Source of the DNA: a virus
Length of the DNA stretch: 64,000 nt
Virus record (IMG/VR): IMGVR_UViG_3300027742_000011
Strand: one strand, 5' to 3'
Shown: one piece after another, positions 54,237-63,265 of the stretch
Position numbering within the stretch: the first letter of the stretch is position 1
How the letters are laid out: the number at the start of each line of letters is the position of its first letter
Program-made: the position numbers and the translations under genes
Notes under the pieces: generated by a model
Databases searched by the model: none
What the model was told of the DNA's origin: nothing
Seen by the model: the letters and a program-made list of their open reading frames with translations, nothing else

Positions 54237-55947
54237 CCATTTTACTAAAATTCTTATGCTTTTCGAATTTAATTAGTGAATGAAATTTGTCGTGTAATTG
54301 AGCACCCTTATGGGAGATGACGAATACATTTGTATCTACTGTAAGTGACTCGAGAATTTTCAGAAATTCTTCTGTACCATTACCATCTAGAGAGCTATCA
54401 AACACTTCATCCATGATAAGGAGATTTGTAGATGTCGAATTTCTAAGTTTAGCGATTGCTCTCCATGTAAACATTAAAGCAAGGTCAATTCTCATCTTTT
54501 CCCCTTCGGAGAAAGATGCATATGTGAATTCGTCTCTAAATCTTGATCTAATTGTTTCTGAGAATTTTTCATCCATCTCGAAATTAACGAAGAAGTCCAT
54601 CGAAGCGAGGTACTTGTTTACGAGCTTATTAATGATGGGTATATATTGTCTTATGATATGAGTTTTGATTCCGCCATCTTTAAGGAGAGCCGCGGAAATA
54701 TCAAACAATTCTTTACTGTCTATCAATTCGTATTTATAATCAATTTTCGCTTTCTTGTCTTTTTTTAGCTTATTGATTTCAGTTGAATTCAAATCAATTT
54801 GTGTAGTATTGTTCTGAATATCTTCAATCTCTTTTTCAAGCGTGGTAATGTTTCTCTGATAAACGCGAATCTCACCCATATTATCTCTAATATCACTCTG
54901 GAGTTTATTAATCCTGTCGTGAGTAGTATTAATCTCTAGAAGTCGACCATTTGCCTTCTTATACTCATCTTCTAATTTAAGAAGAGCTTTTTCAGTATCT
55001 TGGAGTTGTTCTTCTCTATCATGGAGTCTTTCTGTTTTAAACTCAGCATCAATATCCTGTTTACACGTAGGGCAACTATCGTGCTTCTCGAAGAAGCCGA
55101 TTTCCTTTTTAATGTTCTTAACTTTTGACTCGATAGTGTTTTCTAATTGAACAATCTTATCGAGCCGCGAATTTGCTTTATTTTGATCAGAAATAGACTC
55201 AAGTAAAACATCAACATCAACTGATAATTTTCTAACATTCTTATCGAATTCTTCAATATCGGCCACAGTCTTATCGATCATTCTTTTCTTGCGATCAATA
55301 ATCTCGTCGTTATTAGTCATGAGAGACTTAACATGCTTCTCATTCAGTACAATTTTCTGTTCTACCATTTCAATTTCATAATCAGCAGACTGCATATCCA
55401 TTCTATTTTGAGATACTTTTTCTTTAAGTAACAAATTCATGATAGAGAATATTTGAATATCCAGCAAGTCTTCAATAACTAAACGCCTATCACCAGTAGG
55501 AAGCTGCATAAACGGTCGATAATCTGCTGACCCTAGAACAACAATCTGTCTCATAGAGCGGTCTGACATTTTTAAAATAGTCTTCTCGAGCATCTCTTGG
55601 TATTCACGAATATCAGAATTCTGATTGATTAGTTGATCGCTCTGATATACTTCGAATATATTCGGTTTCATGCCGCGCCTCACCATATATTTCTTTTTAC
55701 CAATTGAGAACTCTACTTCTACAAGTAAGTTTTTCTGTGTAATAGAGTTCACTAATTGGGGTTTGTTGATGTTGCGAAATGCTTTACCAAACAGCGCGTA
55801 AAATAAAGCATCAAGCACGGTAGATTTACCTGCGCCGTTCGTGCCAATTATCAACGTCGATTTTGATCTATTTAAATCTATTTCGGTAAATTGATTGCCA
55901 GTGGATAAGAAATTCTGCCATCTAAGTTTTTCAAAGATGAGCTGCAT
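54196..55947 (-). CDS. gp46: Recombination endonuclease ATPase subunit gp46 (Rad50/SbcC-like)
   Basis: GTNGAGKS, CPTC hook, FSEGE, MDEVFD, SH. Confidence 0.95.
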   Translation of the reverse strand: MQLIFEKLRWQNFLSTGNQFTEIDLNRSKSTLIIGTNGAGKSTVLDALFYALFGKAFRNINKPQLVNSITQKNLLVEVEFSIGKKKYMVRRGMKPNIFEVYQSDQLINQNSDIREYQEMLEKTILKMSDRSMRQIVVLGSADYRPFMQLPTGDRRLVIEDLLDIQIFSIMNLLLKEKVSQNRMDMQSADYEIEMVEQKIVLNEKHVKSLMTNNDEIIDRKKRMIDKTVADIEEFDKNVRKLSVDVDVLLESISDQNKANSRLDKIVQLENTIESKVKNIKKEIGFFEKHDSCPTCKQDIDAEFKTERLHDREEQLQDTEKALLKLEDEYKKANGRLLEINTTHDRINKLQSDIRDNMGEIRVYQRNITTLEKEIEDIQNNTTQIDLNSTEINKLKKDKKAKIDYKYELIDSKELFDISAALLKDGGIKTHIIRQYIPIINKLVNKYLASMDFFVNFEMDEKFSETIRSRFRDEFTYASFSEGEKMRIDLALMFTWRAIAKLRNSTSTNLLIMDEVFDSSLDGNGTEEFLKILESLTVDTNVFVISHKGAQLHDKFHSLIKFEKHKNFSKMVNDLPSIQQNESI

Positions 55948-56163
55948 TTAGATTCTTCCCTCGTCTTTAAGTTTTTTGTAAGAGTCTAGGGCTTCTTTCC
56001 CTTCGCGGGCCGCTTCTTCTATGCTTGAGGCGGAAAGACAAAACATAGGACTCCCATTTCTTACGGCTAAATAGCTACCATCTTCACAAATTTCTATCTG
56101 AAAGACGGTTTTAGTATTCACACCCTGTTCTAATATCTTATTCAATGCTAAGTGCCTCCTCAT
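55948..56163 (-). CDS. Hypothetical protein
   Basis: Between gp47 and gp46. Confidence 0.55.
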   Translation of the reverse strand: MRRHLALNKILEQGVNTKTVFQIEICEDGSYLAVRNGSPMFCLSASSIEEAAREGKEALDSYKKLKDEGRI

Positions 56164-57203
56164 AAAGAGCTGTGAGAAACATGTCAAGTTTCTGTTGCGT
56201 TTCTGGTTTCTTATCGATAACTTCCGCGGACTTTCTTAAAATTGAAAGTGTGTCTTCGGCCTCTTCGATCATATCGTCATCTTCTAAATTTAGATTAAGA
56301 TTATCTTCGATAATTTGAAGGTCTAAAACACCTGCGGCTTCGACCTTATCGATGAACATATCAAAGTGGTATGGGTTTGTTTTATTATGTATAATGACTT
56401 TCACGTACGAGCCACTTAAATATTCAGTATCGAAAGCTAAAAGATCCTCTAATGGTTTGGCGGAGTCATTATAATGAAGCTTATGGAACATTTTATAAGG
56501 ATTTTGGATAAACTCCAACTCTCTAGTGTGAGTGTCGTACACGTGGAATCCTCTATCATCATCCCAATCCGACCACGTTATCTCGTACGGGCTCCCAAGA
56601 TATGAGATATTACCTCGACTCGATTTATGGTGAAAGTGCCCTGAGTATACTGTATCAAATTTAGAAAATATGTCTGTTGGAAACCCATGATCGTTTACTG
56701 CGCCGCGATACATCTCGAAACCTTGAATTTCAAGATGACCAAACAGCACGTCAGCTTTCGTAGATTTTATATATTCCATAGATTCGAGATAGTTTCCTGA
56801 GCATACCCATGGAAGAATAGCTAAAGTGATATCATCAATCTTGATGTCAGTTGGTTCTGAATGGTATTTAATATTGAGTTTACTGTGACCATACAATTCA
56901 TTCATTGAATTGTACTCGTTCGTATTTTTAAATGCTGTATCATGATTTCCGATAATCACATCAGTGCTAATACCCAATTCATCAAATTTGGAAAGGAATC
57001 GTTTAAGATTACGAGCTGTCACGTAGTTGATATATTTTCTACGATCAACAATATCACCTAAGTGGATGCAATGTTTAATGTTGTTTTCTTTCAAATATGG
57101 AAAGAAAATATTGTCATAAAACTTATTAAAATATTCTGCGAAAGCTAAACTGTCACCTCTGGCACCGAAAGTGCGTGTCAGTAATTAAAGCTATACGTGC
57201 CAT
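56138..57203 (-). CDS. gp47: Recombination endonuclease nuclease subunit gp47 (Mre11/SbcD-like), with a +1 frameshift near 57168
   Basis: MARIALITDTHF in one frame after AGGAGG SD, then GARGDS...LGD..DRR, GNHD, GHLE, SGHFH in the +1 frame. Confidence 0.9.
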
Positions 57204-57975
57204 ACCGACCACCTCCTTTTCTTAATTGTGTTTCTGTTAAAATTTGTTCCTCTAAAGCTATGTTAGGAGGAACAATGCTAAGTATATATCGTATATCTTC
57301 TAGAGATACAGGACCATTTTTGCCCTTTCTAAAAAAGGGGTTAAGCCCGAGTTGATAATATTTATACTGGGCTTTATTAAGACCTGTTTCTCTTTCTAAT
57401 TCAGACCAGCCAATATAAATTTTTCCTTTGTATTCAAGCTGTTTGCAATTGGCAAACTTTGATGCTTGTGATGCCTTTTTCTGATTTCTAACAAACTCTT
57501 TAGAATTTTCTGATCTCCATTTAGACATATTTTCTTTCATAGTTTTAGAAAATTTTTCTCTTCTTTTGTCGTCATCTTTCCAAGAGTTAGTCACACCATC
57601 AGAAACAGATTTAATCCAATTCGGATTGAATTTAGATGGATGATATGACTTTAGAAAGTTAGAATGAATTTTTCTAGCCAGATCATATTCTCTAGAAGTA
57701 TATTTCCTAGACATTTTTGATGTCTTCGAGAAAGCCATTCTATGAAGAGCCCAATGCATCTTTCGCTTATCTTCACCTATAGTCATTTTTGTAAGAAGAA
57801 GATGACATACAAAATGTTCACGAGGACTTATTTTTACTATATTTTCAACTTCATTACTTCCACCCAAACATTTGGGAATTATGTGATGATTTTCAATTAT
57901 TCCTTCAGGCGACTCATCCTTTCTTTTGTTAATTAAAGAGTAGTAAAATTTCGTATATTTATTTTTTAATATCAT
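57178..57975 (-). CDS. HNH homing endonuclease
   Basis: ENHHIIPKCLGGSN...SPREHFVCHLLL; TATAAATA at 58005-58012. Confidence 0.85.
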   Translation of the reverse strand: MILKNKYTKFYYSLINKRKDESPEGIIENHHIIPKCLGGSNEVENIVKISPREHFVCHLLLTKMTIGEDKRKMHWALHRMAFSKTSKMSRKYTSREYDLARKIHSNFLKSYHPSKFNPNWIKSVSDGVTNSWKDDDKRREKFSKTMKENMSKWRSENSKEFVRNQKKASQASKFANCKQLEYKGKIYIGWSELERETGLNKAQYKYYQLGLNPFFRKGKNGPVSLEDIRYILSIVPPNIALEEQILTETQLRKGGGRYGTYSFNY

Positions 57976-58003
57976 AGCTTACCCATTTCGGTGCTTACTA
58001 TGA

Positions 58004-58186
58004 TTATTTATACGATCTCATTCTATCACTCTGCTGTTCATACTTCTTAAGAGCTATATCACATACTTCAGTAATATTCTCCAACATCATTTTGTTGTTA
58101 AATTTTACGTTATCGGGAGTCCTATCATCTAACATAGATTCAATCGTCTGTTGAATGACGACTGGGACCGTGTTCATTTTACTCAT
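58004..58186 (-). CDS. Small conserved hypothetical protein
   Basis: 60 aa in the gp55-gp47 interval. Confidence 0.6.
   Translation of the reverse strand: MSKMNTVPVVIQQTIESMLDDRTPDNVKFNNKMMLENITEVCDIALKKYEQQSDRMRSYK
58005..58012 (-). promoter_or_regulatory. T4-type late promoter
   Basis: Exact TATAAATA. Confidence 0.7.
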
Positions 58187-58209
58187 TTTAGTTCCTAAGT
58201 CTTATTGTA

Positions 58210-58773
58210 TTATTTATGTGTCGAAAAGATTTTTTCGGCAACTCTTTTTATATTTTCTTTAGTTTCTATGTCCGCGCGGATTTTGTCTCTGACGCGGTCA
58301 TCTACTATCTGAATCAATTGCTCAACAATACCATCGATCTTGAATTTTAATATTTCGAAACCAGGTTTAATAAAGAAACAACCATAGTTTTTGTCATATT
58401 TAGCTATGCCATACGTATTCACTAGATTTGCTTTTAGTTTTCGGGTGAAGAAAAAAAACCTGCGAGCTTCATATTCTATAGTTCTATGTTCATCATAAGA
58501 TATGGTTATGGTCTTCGTGACTGGGTCTATGTCAACCTCAAGTTCATCAATTTGACGACGAAAATCTATATCTTTAAGATATTTGGCTCTATTTAAATCT
58601 AAATCAATTGACGATACTTGACTTAGTATGCGGCTCTTCTCGTTTAATAATTTAACACTAGCTGGAGCTGTCGCATCTCGATATTTTTTATTGAGATACT
58701 CATTAATATCATTCTTTGTTATCTTCGGCGGCGATAGTATCTTTTTCACTTGTTCCATTTCATTCATCATCAT
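58210..58773 (-). CDS. Hypothetical protein
   Basis: 187-aa ORF. Confidence 0.6.
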   Translation of the reverse strand: MMMNEMEQVKKILSPPKITKNDINEYLNKKYRDATAPASVKLLNEKSRILSQVSSIDLDLNRAKYLKDIDFRRQIDELEVDIDPVTKTITISYDEHRTIEYEARRFFFFTRKLKANLVNTYGIAKYDKNYGCFFIKPGFEILKFKIDGIVEQLIQIVDDRVRDKIRADIETKENIKRVAEKIFSTHK

Positions 58774-59317
58774 TTCCCTCTACGAAATTTTCAATACCTT
58801 TCTTTTTCGGTGTCTTCTTCGGTTTCTTCTTTTTTTCAAATTTCTTCATAAGTTCTACATTCTGATCTGAATATAAATCAAGAGAAACATTATCGAAGTG
58901 TGGCGCATCTTCTGGACTATCAACTAACGTATTCATGGTGTATGAATTTTGCATTGACTTGATTTTAATGTACTGTTGTTTTTTCTCTTTATCGATGCGT
59001 CGAAGAAACGCAAACCATATAATTTGAGTAACATAAGCAAAGGCATTAGTATATTTTTCAGGATTAAAGTTGTGGACATACTGAATACAATTCTCGATAC
59101 CATCTGATATCATTTCTTCTTTATATGAATATCCTATAAAGTTTGGTCTGCTAGCAAGTCTAGTAGCAATCTTATAAATGCTTTCACCGAGATACTTATT
59201 CATTTGCGGACGTCTTTCATCCGCTTCTTCAGCTTCTCTACATTGAATAATATATTGCTTGAGCTCTTCATACAGCTCTTTATTATTCACATAATGTGGA
59301 CCCTTCTTGCGCGCCAT
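58760..59317 (-). CDS. gp55: Late transcription sigma factor gp55
   Basis: HYVNNKEL, YSYKEEMISDGIENC, FAYVTQIIWFAFLRRI.KEKK. Confidence 0.95.
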   Translation of the reverse strand: MARKKGPHYVNNKELYEELKQYIIQCREAEEADERRPQMNKYLGESIYKIATRLASRPNFIGYSYKEEMISDGIENCIQYVHNFNPEKYTNAFAYVTQIIWFAFLRRIDKEKKQQYIKIKSMQNSYTMNTLVDSPEDAPHFDNVSLDLYSDQNVELMKKFEKKKKPKKTPKKKGIENFVEGNDDE

Positions 59318-59327
59318 AGCGACTCCT

Positions 59328-59657
59328 TTATTGTGTTGTAAAATTTGGGGTGTGGTCGGCCAAACGCTTTTTGGCCATTTCGACTTCGCGGATGATGTCT
59401 AAATAATATAACATCATTTCTTGCGACGGCGTAGTATGCACTATAACATGCCGGCCCGAAAATGTAAACAATTTTTCGTTCGAATGGGGCATAAATGGGA
59501 TCAAATGTGTTGCGGCATGGTCATCTTCACTCGACACCAATTTAGTTACCATCTGATAACATTCAGATAGATTAAAATACTCGTCAGTCATACCATCACT
59601 TTCAGATTTGCCGATAATTTCTGTGCCATCTATCAATCTTATTATAACTATATTCAT
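59328..59657 (-). CDS. Conserved Sm-like hypothetical protein
   Basis: IRLIDGTEIIG...LIPFMP. Confidence 0.65.
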   Translation of the reverse strand: MNIVIIRLIDGTEIIGKSESDGMTDEYFNLSECYQMVTKLVSSEDDHAATHLIPFMPHSNEKLFTFSGRHVIVHTTPSQEMMLYYLDIIREVEMAKKRLADHTPNFTTQ

Positions 59658-61144
59658 TTCTTAAGCTTCTTTACTGGTATATTATATATTTTATATGAGA
59701 AACCTTCAGCATCATAAATTTTTACGCGTTCTTCGAAGTGTTTTAATGCATAGTTCTTCGCTTTGCCGTTCGTTAGATTGTCGACGATATCGTAAAGATA
59801 CACTGTTAAGATTTCAGGATGCTTTCTTAACATGCGCCCGATGGCTTGAAGAACTGTAATTTTAGCCTTCGATGGGTGAGCGGCAATCATATGCTTTAGT
59901 TTCTTGATTGAAATACCTGTCGATGTTGTGCCAAGAGACGCCAAAAGAATCGCCGCCGCTTCCTCTTCCATCTGAACCCTGATAATTTCTCTTTCATTAG
60001 ATTTTGTTTCACCAGCAATAAAAAACACTGGTCCGATAGCGCCTAGCTCAATAAGCTCTTTAAGCTCTTTACCGTGTTTAATTCGGTGAAAGAAAACTAA
60101 TTTGTTGTTGTCAAGTGAGAGAGTTAGATTCTTAATGAAGTTGTTTCTTTCAGGCATTTCTGTAATATAAGATATTTCATCTGCATACTTCATCCCTTTC
60201 GCTTCTTTACAGATTTCATCATCATAATTCAGAATGAGACATTTTATTTCCAACTGAGCCGCGTAGCCGGCATCCATCATTTCTTTCGATGAAATAGACT
60301 TGTATTTTGGACCAAAGAGGCCGATAATTGTTTCAGCGAATAGTGGATCTTCTTGAAGAGTACCAGTCGTCCCAAATCTATATTTGGCATTTACGAGCGC
60401 ACCAATAATAGCTTTCAATTGGGTGGCCTTTGCACCGTGGGCTTCATCGCCAAACACCATCCCGAATTGGTGATACCATTTCTTTGGCATCTTAACCTTG
60501 CCGCCGTTATTGAGACTCTGCCATGTAGAAATGACGATATCAGCATCGAGGTCATTATCTTTTAATAGACCGTCAGTAGAAAGCATGATACGACCTTTAA
60601 ACCCATAAGATTCAAAATCTTTTGCCATTTGAGTTACAAGACCGGTTCTAGGTACAACAAGAAGACCTTTGTCGATCATACCTTTATTGAAGTACCACAT
60701 ATACAAGACATAAATCATAAAAGACTTACCAGACGATGTAGGACTTACAAGTGTTCTACGATTTGATCGAATACATTTTGTGATAGATTCGACTTGGTAA
60801 TCTCTACTATCAAGCCAATCCGGTGGATTAAGAGACTTAATAAATTCTTCTACTTCATGTATCGAAACATTCTCATACACAAAATCATCATCGAAAGTAA
60901 ATTCATAGTCTCGTGAATCACAAAACTTCTTTACTTCTTGTGCCAATCCCATAGGACAAACACCAGTGTGAGAATTGAGAATTCGTATCTTACCATCCCA
61001 CACCCTTGCTCGAAATTTGGGTGAAAACTTATAACCTTCTATGAAGTGAGTAAATCGGTCGTGCAGCTCCATTAGAACTCCTGGATCCGCCTTTACTCTC
61101 ATATCTGAATAGTCTATAAACTGTAAATGTACTTTGTCTGTCAA
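59654..61144 (-). CDS. uvsW: SF2 helicase UvsW
   Basis: SPTSSGKS, GDEAH, GTTGT, QAIGRMLR. Confidence 0.95.
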   Translation of the reverse strand: MTDKVHLQFIDYSDMRVKADPGVLMELHDRFTHFIEGYKFSPKFRARVWDGKIRILNSHTGVCPMGLAQEVKKFCDSRDYEFTFDDDFVYENVSIHEVEEFIKSLNPPDWLDSRDYQVESITKCIRSNRRTLVSPTSSGKSFMIYVLYMWYFNKGMIDKGLLVVPRTGLVTQMAKDFESYGFKGRIMLSTDGLLKDNDLDADIVISTWQSLNNGGKVKMPKKWYHQFGMVFGDEAHGAKATQLKAIIGALVNAKYRFGTTGTLQEDPLFAETIIGLFGPKYKSISSKEMMDAGYAAQLEIKCLILNYDDEICKEAKGMKYADEISYITEMPERNNFIKNLTLSLDNNKLVFFHRIKHGKELKELIELGAIGPVFFIAGETKSNEREIIRVQMEEEAAAILLASLGTTSTGISIKKLKHMIAAHPSKAKITVLQAIGRMLRKHPEILTVYLYDIVDNLTNGKAKNYALKHFEERVKIYDAEGFSYKIYNIPVKKLKK

Positions 61145-61582
61145 TTAAAAAGCCCCAACTTGAAATTTCTCCCAATCAAGAGCTTGTTTGACTAGAAAGC
61201 CTCGATTTTTAAACGAATCGATAATGCTTTTCAGCATCTCTACTTTCTCATACTGAATGCCAATTTTTAAATTTCGTTTAATTATATCATCATCTGCGTC
61301 GATATAATTGTTTAAGTCTGCTTTCAATATCTTGCCTTGTGGCGGAAGCTTCCAACCCTTTTCTTCTGTTTCGGGGGTTGGACCCATAAAATAGAATTCG
61401 TGTTTATCTAACTTCAACCGCTTATGCTCTTCTTTATATTTCGTAAGAATGAGCTTCTCTTGAATGTAAATTCGATAATATTTATTGTGTAATTGTGGAA
61501 TGCGAATAGATTCATTACCCAGATCGGTCTTATCGATCATGGCATCTTTATCCCATTCTGCTAAAATTTCTTCAAGCTTCAT
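61145..61582 (-). CDS. uvsY: Recombination mediator UvsY
   Basis: WDKDAMIDK...IPQLHNKY...RGFLVKQALDW. Confidence 0.88.
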   Translation of the reverse strand: MKLEEILAEWDKDAMIDKTDLGNESIRIPQLHNKYYRIYIQEKLILTKYKEEHKRLKLDKHEFYFMGPTPETEEKGWKLPPQGKILKADLNNYIDADDDIIKRNLKIGIQYEKVEMLKSIIDSFKNRGFLVKQALDWEKFQVGAF

Positions 61583-62094
61583 AAATCTAGTAGTGCTTTC
61601 TTTCGCTCACGTTTAAGCTTTTTCCATTTAGTAAGAGCTTGTTTTCGATAAATTACTGATGCTTCATTTAAGTGACATTTACCGTTTAAATGCGACAATT
61701 CATGTTGAAATACACGAGCTGTTAATCCATCAAAAACTTTTGTAACCACTTCACCAGAAGGTTCAGCATAACGTACACGAATTCTTTTAGGTCTTTTAAC
61801 TTTAACCAATAGACCGGGATATGATAAGCATCCTTCTTCAAGTGTAACCGTTTCCTCAGACACATCGACGATTCTAGGATTAAAGCATACTACGATCTTT
61901 TCACCCATCATCGCAAATGCCCTATGCTTTTCACCAATCTGATTTGCGGCTAGACCAATACCTTTCTGAATAATCATTGTTTCAGCTAAGTCTCTAGATA
62001 GGGATATTGGGTCTGTTCCAGGCTCATCGAAGTCAAATAGACCAATCGCTTCTTTTAAAATTGGATCACTATCATCTACTAATGTTCTAATCAT
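61579..62094 (-). CDS. def: Peptide deformylase
   Basis: GIGLAANQ, EGCLS, QHELSHLNG. Confidence 0.92.
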   Translation of the reverse strand: MIRTLVDDSDPILKEAIGLFDFDEPGTDPISLSRDLAETMIIQKGIGLAANQIGEKHRAFAMMGEKIVVCFNPRIVDVSEETVTLEEGCLSYPGLLVKVKRPKRIRVRYAEPSGEVVTKVFDGLTARVFQHELSHLNGKCHLNEASVIYRKQALTKWKKLKRERKKALLDL

Positions 62095-62612
62095 TTCTCT
62101 AATTCCCGAAGAATTTCCATAATATGGAATTTAGTGTTTCTATCTGCATCTAAATAGGCAAAATCGTAATCATACTTAAGTAGCATCTCTACGATTTCTT
62201 TATCCTTTTTCCTCGATTGATCTTCATCATGATGCCTACCTACCTGAGAAAAAGGCTTTGTTCTATTAAGATATATATTTAAGTTATCGTATGATTGGAA
62301 AGCTTCGTGTGTAAGTTTTTCAAAATACTTTGGCATGTAGCTTTTACTAGAATAAAGTGGTGCTAATATGATAGAAGAATCTGTAATTGCGTAATCTACC
62401 TGATCTTTCAATCTCCAAAGCTTCCTGTTCTGCTTTGCCATTACATAGATTTGATCTTCTAATGCTTCTTTTCGATTTTCCCACGACAATTCTTTCGCGT
62501 ACTCATCTACCAATTCAACATTCATTCCATGCCACTTCATCAAGGCAAATAAGTCTGCCGCAACAGATGACTTACCAGCACCTGGACCAGCATACATGTT
62601 AATTACTTTCAT
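62091..62612 (-). CDS. P-loop kinase (NadR/AAA_28-like)
   Basis: INMYAGPGAGKS, EYAK, ITDS. Confidence 0.75.
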   Translation of the reverse strand: MKVINMYAGPGAGKSSVAADLFALMKWHGMNVELVDEYAKELSWENRKEALEDQIYVMAKQNRKLWRLKDQVDYAITDSSIILAPLYSSKSYMPKYFEKLTHEAFQSYDNLNIYLNRTKPFSQVGRHHDEDQSRKKDKEIVEMLLKYDYDFAYLDADRNTKFHIMEILRELEK

Positions 62613-62679
62613 TCACAAACCTTTCATTTCAATTAGTTTAGTCAAGAGATATTTAGATTTGTTTCAATCCAGTATAACT

Positions 62680-62708
62680 ATTATACTATAGTTTGACATA
62701 TATGTCAA
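62680..62708 (-). promoter_or_regulatory. Consensus early promoter overlapping a 16-bp palindrome
   Basis: TTGACA-17-TATAAT; TTGACATATATGTCAA at 62693-62708. Confidence 0.8.
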
Positions 62709-62717
62709 CTGTTATTT

Positions 62718-63200
62718 TCAAATATCTTCAAAAAACATTCTTAAAAATGTAAAACTAGCCGTAGCAGTTAAGTATTGTACATCTTCTAGTGTCGTATCGA
62801 ATTCGATAGGCGAGATGAGTGTAGGAAAACACTCTGTAAACTTAACATTGATATTTGGTCTTTTTGATGAATTTAGAATTACTAAACTTGCATCTGATTT
62901 AATATTTTGGTATTGGGTGTCGAGATTGTCTGGATGACCGAGTGATACCATCCAATCAAAAACATCTCTGTAGCTGGACATATTTTCATTAATCTTAAAT
63001 GTGATTGAAAATGTGTCATAGTCGATATTACCAGGAGTAGGAATTCTTACAAATCCAGTACCGATTCTGGCTACACCGAGAGACATTCCAGGAAATGAAG
63101 CACCCTGAACATGAAATTCAGTATTTGGTAAATTGTTAATTTTAAACACAAACCCTAATGGAGATAGGTTATTGATGTCGACGTTATTTAATCCAGCCAT
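62718..63200 (-). CDS. gp3: Tail completion/tube terminator gp3-like protein
   Basis: LSPLGFVF, FPGMSLG, F.INENM..Y..VFDW, FTECFP; late promoter upstream. Confidence 0.8.
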   Translation of the reverse strand: MAGLNNVDINNLSPLGFVFKINNLPNTEFHVQGASFPGMSLGVARIGTGFVRIPTPGNIDYDTFSITFKINENMSSYRDVFDWMVSLGHPDNLDTQYQNIKSDASLVILNSSKRPNINVKFTECFPTLISPIEFDTTLEDVQYLTATASFTFLRMFFEDI

Positions 63201-63235
63201 AATTTTCCTGTGTACATATCCTGTAGACTATGGTA

Positions 63236-63243
63236 TATTTATA
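63236..63243 (-). promoter_or_regulatory. T4-type late promoter
   Basis: Exact TATAAATA upstream of gp3. Confidence 0.75.
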
Positions 63244-63265
63244 AAATCAAAATTGGAGATAAACG

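Noticed and set aside
56138-57094. gp47 starting at TTG (MKENNIK) as in the track
   Set aside because: It would lack the first D-x-H phosphoesterase motif, which is encoded upstream in another frame behind a strong SD.
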